Of a stretch of 64,000 bases of DNA, positions 13,704 through 27,174 are shown one piece after another. Made by a program: the position numbers and the translations under genes. The stretch spans positions 62,001 to 126,000 of the forward strand of contig NW_026862875.1 in NCBI RefSeq assembly GCF_026571515.1, given 5' to 3'. Every line of letters starts with the position of its first letter. The first letter of the stretch is position 1. Below the pieces are notes generated by a model, which was not told the origin of the DNA, ran no database searches, and was given only the letters and a program-made list of their open reading frames with translations. Source of the stretch: Ruditapes philippinarum. Taxonomy: Eukaryota.

Positions 13704-14154
13704 TATATAAATACAATATAATTATATGTAAATACATTACATCAATAACACAAGTACTATCATTCAATTTGGTTTAGTACTATCATTCAATTTGGTTTGT
13801 AACTGTCTTATTATTATTATCATTATCATTATTATTATTATAAGATAATTCAATATATCAGGGAAAACCGTTTGCTGATGTTGTAAGAACTCATGGTTCA
13901 ACCGTTTTGCTACTTTTGTGTTTATATTATGATAATATAACGTTATAAATGTGTACAAAAAGAGCAATAAAATATGTTTAAATCAATAACGTAAGTAAAT
14001 TACAATTAATTACTTCAAGGATTAATTGTACTTCCACTGTTATAACAATCCATTTGTGAAAGAAAAATCTTACAATTATTACTTCACTGCAGTTTAATTG
14101 TTGCAGAGCCCTGCGAAATAAGCAGAATGTAAACAACAAAGTGTTCAAAGTCCA

Positions 14155-16578
14155 CTATTCTTCTATAACACTAACGTCTGTATCAGAGTCAGTTTCATCT
14201 ATTGTCTCTGGTATTTTGCCAGCATCTGCAAGATACTCTCCCCAGTTGTGTACACCAAACTTCTGACATTGTAAATGCCTTGCATAACTTAAATACCACA
14301 CAACAGAGGCAATATGTGAGCACATACCAACAACACGTTCTCCAGCACGACATTTGCAATACCAAGCTTCAATATCTGCAGCAGAAAATCTTATCCATAA
14401 CAGATATTTCCTGGATGACGTGTGCCGACTTTGGATCCGTACCCGGATCAAATCAGAATCATCATTGTGGACATGGATTTCACAGTTTCCATCTAAATGT
14501 TCCTGTATATAACTTGATGACATTTTAAGTTGATATACGCCACACGTCAACGATCTCAACTGTTCTTCGTTAAACCTTGGAAAACTTTGCAATGATGAGT
14601 CGTCCACAGGTTTCCATAAAGCTGATCTTCTTTCAAGATTATTATCTTCAACATAAGATTTCAATATGTTTGCGTTTGATGATAATGCACGCATCTTTGA
14701 GGCCAAACGTGAATCGTCATCACTATCAGCATTGCAAAGTGGTTTAAAATACTTGTTGCATATTGCGCAAACTATTCTTATGTAGTCACCAATGTATGGA
14801 ATTTGATTAGTTGGGAGAACATGATTAAAATATTTCCAACTTTTAATCCGGGCATTTGCCGATTCTACAACCCAGCGAATCTGTAAAAGACGAAGAACAA
14901 CAAATAACATAACTGTATATTCAGTTTGATATCAGTGCGCATATATGTGAAATTCTTAAAAGCATAGAACCAAAGTATTGCTTTAAAATGTCAAAATACA
15001 TTCACTTCAGTAGAACCAACAACATTTTTAATATCTAGTTATATTAATAGATATTAATGGAAATCAATCTTAAACGATTATCACATAATAACTTGGTAAG
15101 CAGTCATTGTTTTTAACAAACATTAAGACTTAAGATAAACTGTGTTATCTATGTAGATCTAATGTAATACAGTCTTTACTTATAAATCTGAAGATAAAAT
15201 ACATTTATAAAGTACATTTATTTTCAAAACAGAATACCTTGGTTACAAATCTACTATTGTTTGCATCATCGCAAGTCATCTGTTTTTGTCCCTTGGATAA
15301 AAATGAAGGCATTTCCACCCTAATGCCTAAATCTTGTAAAAGTTCAAGAGAATCACGGAAACCTCTATCGACAACAAAAATATCATCCTCCTGAATAAAG
15401 TCCCTTATCTCTTCAGTATTTGTTTTCAACATATGATTCAGGATAGAAGCATCATTGTTCTTTGAATCAGCAAAATAAGGGCCCATCACTGTAACAAAGT
15501 ATCCGGTTGTTGTGACAATAACCATGGGCTTCACTAATGGACGACCTTTGTGCATTGAATATGAACGTCTTTGAAAGCTAAAATTATTACTTTTCTGAAT
15601 ATAAACATAAGTTCCATCAAGAACTAAAATAACTTTCCCATCATTTGCATCAAAAAGGGACTTGGCTAACGGTCTAGTGTGATGGTTGATAATATCTTCC
15701 CTTGTTATGCTTTCAAAACCAAGATATAACGGCACAAATCCTCTCATCATCGCATGTTTTGTGGCAACAATCGCTCTCCGTACACTTGACTTGCTAATTC
15801 CAAATAGAGTAGACAATAGCTTATTAGACAAGCCCGATTTCATCTTCAGGAGAAAAATTCCTAGAGTTGTTCTGGAAGAACGTGATGGAGAGTTATAAAT
15901 TTTGTCGGCAACATGACGAAACACATCATCAAACTGAGAACGTGAAAGCCCTGTTAAGTTTTCATATTCTACGTCGTTTAAGACATCAAAATTCAATTTG
16001 TTTTGTTTGCAGCAGCATATTTCTCTTAAATGTTTTATAAGTTTTAGGACAGATGTCCTGTTTAGAAATGCTGTTTCTATTATCGGCACATTCTCTAGAG
16101 AATCTGAACAAAGCAGGCCTTCATGTATGTGTACTGGACAGCACCTAGAACCAGCAGGTATGAGTACGTTCTGTTCTATAAACACATTGAATCTGGCCTC
16201 TGAAGACAGAACAACTAATTTTGGCCCTGGTCTCTTGCAGACTAAACATCTTGAATGTGTTTTACTGGTAGTTTTTATATTTAATGATACCGATGGCGGA
16301 CTAGTCGGTGTTTTGGTTCCTTTTGATTGAGAAGTTGAAACAGATGGAACATAATCTGGATCTGAATGGTTGCTGTCTTTTCTTGTAAAAGATGATGATT
16401 CTAATGCATAGTATTTATGTCTACATTTGTTACAAATTATTTCATTGTCTTTAACATCAACAAATAACCGTTTTTGAAGATATTTTCTTATAGGTTTGCT
16501 TATGTGTCTTCTTTCTTTTGGTTTAGTTCTTTTCTTGCACACTGCACAGGCATAAAACTTTGGACCCGATCCAGGCAT
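14155..16578 (-). CDS. Intact two-exon DDE transposase (DDE_Tnp_4/HTH_Tnp_4 type, PIF-Harbinger/ISL2EU-related) with N-terminal Cys clusters and C-terminal SWIM zinc finger, ~688 aa
   Basis: Exons 16578-15238 and 14880-14155 join through a phase-0 GT..AG intron to give ...ANNSRFVTK|IRWVVESANARIK. Catalytic-type motifs: LVLDGTY, NNDASIL, VVDRGFRD, RWVVE. HTH region FLLKMKSGLSNKLLSTLFG. SWIM-like WYCKCRAG...GMCSHIASV. No internal stops. Confidence 0.88.
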
Positions 16579-16806
16579 CCTGAAAAAAATACTTAGTACA
16601 TCAATGATTTGACAGAAAAAATAAAAATATTTCCTCTTGTATTTTGGTTTTATTAACTAACAATAAACTTTTAATTTAATTATTTTTTTCACTCATGAAA
16701 TAAATAATGATTTAAATAATAAACTCTCATTTAATACTTAATAATTTTTTTTTCACTTATTTAATAAACAATTATTTAAATAATAATCTGTCATTTAATA
16801 ATTACG

Positions 16807-16910
16807 AAAAAAAAATGTACCTTGTTCAGGGGTCGAACCACTAGCCGGATCTGATCAGTCATATAAAACATGCATGCGCCGGGCACTTAGACCACTACGC
16901 CATCGCCACA
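16807..16910 (-). ncRNA. tRNA-derived Pol III unit (A box, B box, T9 terminator); SINE head or tRNA pseudogene
   Basis: On the minus strand: A box TGGCGTAGTGG (16902-16892), B box GGTTCGACCC (16839-16830), TTTTTTTTT (16815-16807). A D-arm and a CCGG/CCGG stem can be drawn; the acceptor stem is poor. Confidence 0.6.
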
Positions 16911-19900
16911 ACTGAAATCAAAATGTTTTACAATTACTACTTAAAGTCGATACGTGACTAAATAAAAGTAAACGGATTGGATGCTTTAAATTAAGTATTC
17001 TATCTCTTTCGACACATATTTCAGTTTGTTATTCTGGCAATTACCTGATAAATATATACATTACCTTCACACTTTTTCTAACTATTTAATACTGAGTTCT
17101 ACTTGGATAATGTTCGACTTTATAAATTATGCAGACGAAACACAGATTTCGACAATTTCATGGATAAAATTATACTTACTTGGAAACTCCCTGTCACGGT
17201 TATCACAAAGTCATATCTGGACTGGAATACATTCCTAGATCCGAGAATAAATGCTCACAAAATAAACAAACACACGTTATTGACTGTTTTAAACCCTGTC
17301 AGCGTTACAGTAGTATAGATTTGCTAGGTAAAGTGTAAACAATGGCTTTGTTGTTGTTGTCGTCGTCGTTGTCATCATCGGCTGGATTTTCACTTTTCAT
17401 TCAATAAGTTAACAAAACATGACAGAAAAGAAGACATATTTTATTTGACTAATGATAATTGCTTTCGATCTCAATGCTTGACCGCAAAAACAAGTAAAAA
17501 TTTATAAAAATACAGCTTAAATCTTTGATCTTCTATGCATTCGATTTGCTTTTGCACAGACACCAAGGGAAGGAAAATATAAATTTTCGTAAAGGGCACA
17601 GGCCTCGACCAAAATTATTGATACGTTTTTGTAAATTATAAATACCCACAATGACAATGACGTATTTTGTTTTTTGGTCGAGACCTGTGCCCCATTCAAA
17701 TTTTTCAATTTATCGTCGAAAACTGATACAAAATACCGGAAAACGGGTTTTAGCCCTTACTTCAAGCGTATTTTATTGCACGGAACAGACGTTTTATCTT
17801 TACTGTTTTTCATATATATCAACAAGCTAAAGATGTTCTTCCAGAAAATTGTTTCATTTCTTGAAAATTTGAAGTTTTATAAAATACAAAATATTTAGGC
17901 ATATTTCATGCATAAGCGAATCTACTCCTTTAATTAAGTTATGCTTTATCACCCAGTACCCGCGTTCCCTACAAAAATACTCCTTATTTTCATTACTATG
18001 TTAACTATAATACAAGTTATCTAATGCGTTTGACATTGTACAGCCTAGGACTTGAAAATACTTCATCAGTCATTCATGTATCAGCTATTGATAAAAGAGC
18101 ACCTAAATCAATACTTCATTTTCACCTTTATTACTGAACAGGAAATTGAGATGCAATTACTTCACAGATTATTAAAGGTAGGTTCCTAATATAGATCAAT
18201 GTTAAAACAAGTATAGGATTGTTATATAAGCTTGATTATTCAGAAACAAAATAACATAAAGAAGGAAAGAACTTGTGCTTCTGAGTCTGTGTCAGCATTT
18301 TTAATCAAAATTGATTGCACCATCCACACGTTTCAATGACCCCATTGTTATTCAAATACTAGTGCATGTTTACGACCATTATTTTTACATATAAGAAAGG
18401 GTGCTTAACTATGCCATGTATTTTTAAGATTGGATCATGGCCTTTTACGGTTTTGAATTGCAGTGAAAGAATTTGAGTATAGCTTTGAGATTTAAATTTT
18501 TGTATATAGCCATCCCCTAAATTTATAAACGAAAGATGGTCAAGATATTTTTCTTCATAATTTCAGTTAATATCTTCGAACCTCTCTATACAAGATATTG
18601 GTTTGAAACTCTTACATTTCCGATTTCTTGTCAAGAATACTTTGTAATAGATTTGATATACATTTGTAATTATGCCCCTTCTTGACTTTGATTTTTTCCC
18701 ATTTTCGTGCTGTTACAAGAATGTCAGCACTTGGAATAGTTGAGCGAACTGTCTAGAATAAAGCTCTTGTACTCGTATGATTAAAATAAGTGTCAAGCCA
18801 GTACCATAAATACTGTACTTCACACACAAAAAATCATACAAAAAACTTTGTAGAAAAACATTTAAATTTGATTTTTATCTTCTCTCTTTCAAAACAAATA
18901 TACATTTCACCTCAAGTTTTGTATGTATAAGTAATGTACACGCTATGATATTATAATTAGTATTCCTTTGACAAAAGGGTATATATGACAGAATACATAA
19001 AGGATTTGACTGTAAAATCAGGAAATATTGCTTTTGGGTTGTTTTCTTCTTCATGTTTTATGACCAAATTCATATTATATACCCATTAGAAAGTAATAAT
19101 AATAATTTCAAATATGGCCTTCTAAACATATATATATAGACCACAAACACAAAACATTTTAAAACAATAACAAGTACAATGTATTCCATTAAGACTTTGT
19201 CCTTTAATTGTTTCTTTTGACAAACGCAGCTTTTAGATATTAAATATCATTCATACAAATTCTATACTACAAGAGCATTTACGTCACGTTCTACTACTCA
19301 TCTTTGTGTGTACATTTTCTATTCAGGGACGCCAATACTGAGAGTGTTTATAAATAAATAATTTTGTCATACTTTATAAGGTGTAGAAATACTCAGACAC
19401 CAGACTTCTGACCTCAATCCCACCCAAACTACACGCTTCTAAAACCAAATAAATTTCATTTACACACGGGTGTTTTTAAGATTGTATTATTTTATTAATA
19501 AGCTCTAGTAACTTTGTAATGGTCTGTTTGATTAGTGTATGTGTTGAGATTTTACGGAAATGGAAGCTATTTTGGTTTTACAGCTGTTACTCTCCTGCAC
19601 ATAGGTCGAATGTTCAACTATCGCTCACTTTCTTACGAAAGTAAGAAGTAATGTGAAAGTATTTACTGAGCTGCAAAGGGAGCGTATATAGGTGTGTACT
19701 GGGGGCCACAAATCCGATCCACACCCACAGGATCTCTGTGGAAAATGTCCTCTCTTGATTACTTATTAAAGTCGCTGACTTCTAGTAAACTGGCCGTTGA
19801 ACACTTCAAGGTGGCAGATAAAATGCCTGCAATGATGGGTATACACCAAGTCTTTAACTGTAACCTCCATCCGACTCAAACAGTGTCGTGGCGAATTGCA

Positions 19901-22234
19901 GACCAATTAATTGAATGTGCCTTTGAACCAATTACATCTATCAGAGAGTTTAGAAATACTGCAAAATATATATGTCATTAAACGGAGAATAAACCGATCA
20001 TTTTGCGTAGATTGACAAGATATTTTGTTATACAGATTAATAACTTCGCAACCTGGTAATAAGGACAATTAAAGTAAGCAAAATTTTATATCTCAAAATT
20101 GTTTTCCTTTACAGTAAATTGCTAAAAAGGAAAACGATATCGATCTTTATATATATTTCACAGTTCAGCAATGGTCATTGATCGCAGGCCAAGGTCGCAG
20201 TTGTTTGATTGGGTTCAGGGATTATTTTGTGTTTAAACACAACTTTCATTTTATTAAGTTTCTTTTGAAAATATTTGGCAAGCTTAAACCGTCATACAAA
20301 TAGAGGTTTTCACTTAACGGCAGAATATTTGAAATCCATTTCTAACTGCCATCTCATGAAAAAGATTTTAATAACTTGTAAACCTTTGTAGAAATTGTTG
20401 GTTCATAACAAAATCAATTTATATGCGTTATAGCATCTAACATAATAAATGTTAAATTCACACACCCTATTACTAGTATTTGAATGGTTTCGTTCAGATG
20501 AAATTTAAAGTTTGGTTTAAACATTTCCGAAGATTTTTCATCAAATCAAAATACAGTGAACCGTGTTTTCATTTCAATAGTAAAGAAGCCCTTTTTATTT
20601 TTTCGTCCACATCTTCTCGGCCCTTTCCGCCAAACTTCGGTTATAAGATTATCATTGATCAAAGCCGAGATGTTTCGATAGTATGTAGATTTTTTAAAGG
20701 AATAGTTTATGTAAAAAAATTGAGTATTTTGTAGACAAGGCTGTACTATTTTAATATACAGCCAGACCTGTGCAACTGAAAACTGCATATAAACAACTAG
20801 CCACTGCAAGAAATCATTTTATTTCTTAAATTATTTATATGATCACACTTATATAAAAATATCTTGCTTAAGAAGCCACTTGTCCTATCATTGTTTAATA
20901 GCATTAGCTATAAAATATAGTAAACAAGTTCAACAAGGAAAGGTGACGTTCAAGTCACGTTTTACTGTATTTAGAGTGCTCATAGCACGGGTTGCACTGT
21001 ATCTCTGTTTACATATAGCTACAAACAGTGGTAAACAAGTCATCTCGGATGTTTGGATATTTGATCACAGTACTTTATGTCAAGTTGACACGCATTGCAT
21101 TTTGAATTGCAAAAAAAGACATATTTTTAGCATATGAGTTCAGACATGCGCCCACGTCATGTGCGTGCTTTGTCATTAATTTAGATCTTCTTTACAGATC
21201 ATTTCTCCTCGACAAATAAACTGTCAGAAACTTTTAAATGCGTGTCGAATCGGGTTCAATGTGTTCTTTAACTTAATAGGAAATTCAAAACAGTTTATGG
21301 GTAAATAAAACGGGTGTTTTTTTAGATATTAAATATCTCAATAAACAGTAAGGTTTGGTGAATAACATTATTTCCAAATTACTTCAATGTCATTGCATAT
21401 ATCTAATACCACTGTACTTGAATTTGCAACAAAATACTAGTAAAGTAAATAAAGAGTTTTAAATTTCATATATGATAAGTATGCAAATTACATGGGCTCA
21501 GCTGATAATCGTCATAAATTAAATATTTTAAGCCGTTATTGATTTGACAAATTGGTTTGTATCATTCGTCGGGTGATTTTCTTAAGTAAACACAATATAA
21601 TTTATGTTTCATATGTCTGTTATCGTAGGAAATATTTTTTCGCATTTAACAACTGAATGGTTTTATTTGTCCGGCCACCATTCTTTCCTAACACAGTCGT
21701 CTCATTTTATTTAACACTCGGATTGTACAAAACATGAGCACCTTAACCTGCTGAATTCCTTAAATGGACTTGTCCAGCTTCCATTTTTGGAGAAGTACAT
21801 TATTAATTCTGTGATTAGAGAGTCAAGTCAGTCAGTCAAAAGCCCGGTCAAACTATGCGGATGAACTGGCTGGCTAGGCTCAGTACTGGTGGCAAAGGCT
21901 TATCAGTTTTGTTTTTCCAGCTAGGTTAAGGGTTATAACTTAAGTGAATTTCGCAGATATTTCTAAAATTTGGAATTAAAAATGAAATATCATAGATCAT
22001 TATACAAGTTATATCATGAAGTGTTCAAAATGCGAGGTGGGGATGTTTTAAACTACACTGACATTGTATTTTTTTTATTTCAGTTTATTTTTTACTAGTC
22101 GCCGTATTAAATCAAAATGGGACAGATCTGTTCCTGAATCTGTTGTCATTGTTGCTGACAATAAACTATGTGTGTTGATCGGGAACCGAAATAAAACAAT
22201 TTTCATTTTGCACACGCTATCTGTATAGCTTCCT

Positions 22235-22315
22235 CCTATAGAATAACTTGTGCTTTGTCAAGATTCGAACTCACAGAGGCTAGGTGTAAATGGATCGAAG
22301 TCAATAACCTTAAAG
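22235..22315 (-). mobile_element. tRNA-SINE head remnant
   Basis: B-box-like GAGTTCGAATC on the minus strand (plus GATTCGAACTC at about 22262-22272). Similar decayed heads at about 5290-5430. Confidence 0.45.
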
Positions 22316-23269
22316 ACCCCTCTGATTTTTGAAACATCGAATGTAACAGACTGTAGATATAACAACTATGTCCCTGTTAAATGACCAAAACAAAAACCGC
22401 ATAAAAAACATCACCAAGACAACTTGTACATATTAGTATTTTAATGTGATTAAAAATGCATATAGTTATAATTATGTGACAATGCATGCATGTTTCTTTT
22501 TTCTTCCTTTTTCCCTTTTTTAATAAAGCAGGATAAACAGCCTATGTTTACACTGCACATTTTGCAAGATCGCAAATACATGTATAAAAATCTTCTTTCT
22601 TACAGAATTTCAACAGTACATGACGTTATTACAATTTTTTTTTTTGGTGGAAAATTGATATTTAGGTTAACAGGCGATCTACAATAAGCTATTGAAAAGA
22701 AAAAGAAAACGCATTTAAGCAAGTATAAAAACCTTTCTTTTGACCTTAAGAATGAATAGAAATCATTTTGTAAAGAAAATACTTAAAAGTTAAAAACCAG
22801 ATATGATTTATGACTGAAAAATTTCAATGGGCATGTATTGATTACCCAAAATGCGTCAATGATTTTACAAGGTTACCCCGGTGTATAGATCTATTTTAGA
22901 ATGCGAAAATTTTAATCTACATTTAAAGTGCATTGTTTGAAACGTGCCGAGTTTTTTTTATATCGAGAAATGAAATATCCAAATGTTGAATAGAAGGATT
23001 AAAATTCAAATCATCATGTAAACCATCGTCGGATACCCACTGCCGAACCATTAACATTGATTACAGGTTACATGTTTTTCAATCATGGGTATCCGAAAAA
23101 AAAATCCAGTCGATGCCGTGCTTGTTCACTGACACTTCAGTTATACTTAACACATCAAACTCATTCAAAACACTTGCTAGCCCAAACCAATATTTGTTAT
23201 GAAAATAAATATTCAGTCGAGTTATTACCCTTGAAATTCTACAGTCCTTTAAATAAAAAGCATTTCTTC

Positions 23270-24556
23270 TAGGCTTAAAGGCATTAAATATACTGCTTGC
23301 TAATACCAAAGGCATGTCATTAAAGCCAAGCACCCTTTGTCAACTATTTGATGCATTTGTTGGCTCCGTGTTAAATTATGCGAGCGAGATATGGGGTTTT
23401 AGCAAAAGCAAAGACATTGAGAGAATTCATTTAAAATTCTGTAAGTCAATACTCTATGTTAAACAAAGTACTAGCACTATGGCTATTTATGGAGAGCTAT
23501 GCAGATACCCGCTGTTCATTAACAGATATGTCAGGATTGTAAAATACTGGCTAAAAATTGTAAACAGTGAAAATATTATAGTTAAAAAGATGTATGAAAT
23601 AATGTTAAATGATTGTCAAAGAGGCAAGGTAAATTGGGTATCTAAAGTAAAATCTTTGTTAGAAAATAATGGATTTTTATATGTATGGAACAATCCTGAT
23701 ATTATTAATATTAAAACGTTTCCTTTGTTATTCAAACAAAGACTAACGGACCAATTTGTTCAGGCATGGACTGCCACATTGTCTGTTAGTTCAAGTTTAT
23801 GTGCTTATAAATTATTTAAAAATTCTTTTAAATTTGAATATTATTTAGATAACATTCCGCTTAAACTTCGTATTCCATTGACTAAGTTAAGGCTATCTTC
23901 TCACCAACTACGAATCGAAACAGGTCGCTATGGTAATAATAGAACTGAACGTAACCAAAGACATTGTATGATTTGTAACAGTGGTGACCTAGAAGATGAA
24001 TATCATTTTATTTGTATCTGTTCAGCATACAATCAGATTCGAAAACGTTATATTAACAAATTTTATTTTTACAGACCAAGTGATGTTAAATTTATAGAAC
24101 TTATGTAATCTGCAAACTATTCTGTAGTAATTAAACTATGTAAATTTATACGAGAAGCATTTATAATAAGACAAAACATTGTAAACAACTATACTTAGAA
24201 GTAATTAAGGCTACTTCCTGTAATCACTTACATGTGTATTAATTTAATATAATAATTTCTACATTATTTGGTATTGTATAATAATTATCTGATACTGTGG
24301 TGCAAATGTATTGTAAAAATGTCTGTGTTAAATAATTATCATATGTTCATGCGCTCACATATTGTTGTAATTGTACATAGTTCATCCTCTTGTATATGCT
24401 CATATTATGCTTACTTGTTTTCAGTGAGTTTAATCATTCATGTCTTTTTTTTTTTGTATTTGTCATGTGTAATACGTATATATGTTAATTGTATCATGTA
24501 ACAAGAAACATAACTTGTTTACGTTACTTAATAAAGAATCTTGAATCTTGAATCTA
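23270..24556 (+). mobile_element. 5'-truncated non-LTR retrotransposon (RTE-X-like), end of the RT ORF plus 3' UTR and tail
   Basis: ORF 23314-24108 contains LNYASEIWG, IERIHLKFCK, YGELCRYPL, LRLSSHQLRIETGRY and CMIC...EDEYHF..C, the post-RT region typical of RTE-X. The frame continues past a stop at 24106-24108 to about 24198. AATAAA plus (GAATCTT)n tail at 24530-24556. Confidence 0.85.
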
Positions 24557-25564
24557 TTCCATATACAGTTCTTGTATTTGTTTTTTACTGTCTGCTATAA
24601 ATTATGTTTTTAAACAAAAGGGAGAAACAATTAAAAATGACATAAAAATCTTAGATAACAGAAGAGCCAGTTCTTACAGTCTACAAAGGTGCACATTTTA
24701 AATTCTTTCATTCGGCCATTTTCTGCAGCCATTGGCCAATGCTGCCAAAGATATGACTGTATTAAATTATACTGAAGGAAACATTTTGTGTCATGTTACA
24801 TTTGCCTTTAAAGTTCAATTAACTTTTCTTTTTCATACAAATATACATGTATCGCCTAGATATTGTACCAGCCAACCTTCCCCCTACCATCCATGCAGTG
24901 ATAAAATCTGAATTCAGATTAAATCCTAGCGAATTCACGGACTCATGTCACGTGACCTTCACCTACCAACTTACACTATTGCTGCTTGTATACTTATGTG
25001 ATTCCCTTTAAACTTTTTTGTAGGACTAGGCACATCACAGCGTGCCTTTGCTTGCTTGATTGATAATAAATTACAAAATTAAATATTCATAAGCCACGTG
25101 TATGAAGAAATGTCCCACACGTCATTATCACCACTTTTCATGTCGGCAACTATCAATATTATTACCCTGGAAATGTAAAGTGCCGATTTTATTTGAGTGA
25201 TAGATCAATTCTTCAATATAAACAATTGACGAACGTATTCTTCCGTTAATTGATTATAATAAGTTGGGTCATTGATAGACCGATAACTGAAATGAACAAA
25301 GTTTCTCATTCCCTTTGATTTTCGTGAAGTTCTTTTGAAAAAGGTTTTTAATCCATTTAGCGGGATATAGATTCCTAAAGATTATTCATGTAATTGATAA
25401 AAGAACAGAAGAAAGAACATTGTTATGAAAAATAAATGATTATTCAGCCACCGGAAGTTTCAGCAGACTCTTCCCAGAATGCACCTGGTTAATCAGCAGA
25501 CGACGATTTGGAAAGAATGGTCATTAATGACGTATTGACCATAACCAAAACTTGACACATACCT

Positions 25565-25760
25565 AATTGTTCCATTTTACAAAGTGCATTCCCATAGCGT
25601 TAGCAGTTTGAATCGTTGAGGTCTCATTGAATTGTTGAGTTCTCGTTGAATCGTTGAGGTCCCGGGGCACGTTGATGTTACTTGTTCCATTTGACAAAGT
25701 GCATTCCCATAAAGTAAGCAGTTTGAATCGTTGCCGTCTAGGGACACGTTGATGTGACAA
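25565..25760. repeat. Local ~115-bp direct duplication
   Basis: TTGTTCCATTT.ACAAAGTGCATTCCCATA...AGCAGTTTGAATCGTTG occurs at about 25567 and 25682. Confidence 0.75.
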
Positions 25761-26589
25761 GTGTATCAAATATTAATATACTGCTTATCGGAAAATCGAA
25801 TGCGAATACAAATATCTAGACAAATTAACTCAACAGTTTCTCAAAGTTTATCTCTTGCAAGCCCCCAAAGGTGAACAGTGATCAATAAATTTTAAATAAA
25901 TTATCGTTTAGATTAAAGAGCGCGTGGCTCACATATAATCGCTCATTTGTGTCGCCTGCAAAACCTTCTTGTCTTACATGAAAGAAGTTAAATTTCGAGG
26001 AAAGTCTGATAGGCTCAATCAGTGTGGTCAAATTACGATTTGTATTAAACAACAATTTTGATATCGAATGAGATGAATCTTACGATCGCTCGAATTGATA
26101 TCATATGCAACGTGGCATGATAAAACTGCAAAAAACATCATACAAATTAGGAATAAGGTGTTAAATTCGTACCAGGCATACAACAATCTCAAAGTAACCC
26201 TCGCAATTTCGACATTTCATGCCGATACCGAACTTTTTTGAGTCGCTCTTCGACAGAATGTTTCAAGTAGACCTTTCAAGTCAAACAATTTGACATAACA
26301 TTTGTCTACCTCAGACATACATGTATGTGAATTCCAGTTCAGAACTTTTTGAGTATCCTTTGATAGTCAGTCATTAATTAAATTGTTATTATAATCAAGT
26401 AACCTTCGTATAGTAGGTTTGGCGTTCGAATTCCAAAATTAGCCCTTGCAACCCGACGTCGGATACCCACGATGCATGTAACGATGTTGCAACCGAGACA
26501 TTTGAACATTATTATATCTATAGTCCCCTCATACAGATATTTGAATTCGTTATTGGACCTCTTGATTAGTTTAATGTTTTTATTTTTAA

Positions 26590-26770
26590 GCTCGATTATA
26601 AAACAAGCGCATGCAACTTATATAAATCACATTTGAATCCGCTTACTGGACCTAACCAGTACTGGTGTCACATGAGAAATCTTGGTCGTGACCCGAGTAG
26701 GGATCGAACCCACGATCCCTAGGTTAAGAGGCAGGCACCGTGAAAAGATAAGGCCACCACTCCCTGTCCT
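26590..26770 (-). mobile_element. tRNA-derived SINE
   Basis: Minus strand: GGGAGTGGTGGCCT... then B box GGGTTCGATCCC (about 26711-26700), followed by the body CACGACC...GACACCAGTACTGG. A more decayed relative lies on the plus strand at about 41980-42100. Confidence 0.65.
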
Positions 26771-27140
26771 GATTAGACGACATATCTTAGCTTATATTGA
26801 CCGGACATAGAACCTTGAACTATTATGTTTCTCATAAACCTGATATTGGAGAGCATTTGTGAGATGAGCTGACCTACAGTTATTCCTGCTAATTGAAGAC
26901 ATATAATTCACTCAAGAATATGAAGCCAATCGTGTAATGATAAATAAATAATTTCATCTGAACATACTGGTTATAAATGAAGATAATAACAAAGGCTGAG
27001 AAGAAATATACAAATGATCTTAATTATGATGTTTCACATTAAGCTTTTACCGATTTCATATAAGCTTTTACCGTATAAGCTTTTACCGATTTCATATAAA
27101 TTTGTTATGTTGTCGGCGTAATAATACAAAAAAATACAAT

Positions 27141-27174
<34 letters not shown>

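Larger units (their letters stand above)
12747..17929 (-). mobile_element. Candidate extent of the DNA transposon carrying the transposase (ends uncertain)
   Basis: TTAA|AGG at 12743-12749 and CCT|TTAA at 17927-17933 flank the transposase. Similarity beyond AGG/CCT is weak, and an alternative left end lies near 13078-13092. Confidence 0.4.

Noticed and set aside
16807-16910. Functional tRNA gene
   Set aside because: No 7-bp acceptor stem and no 7-nt anticodon loop; kept only as a tRNA-derived unit.
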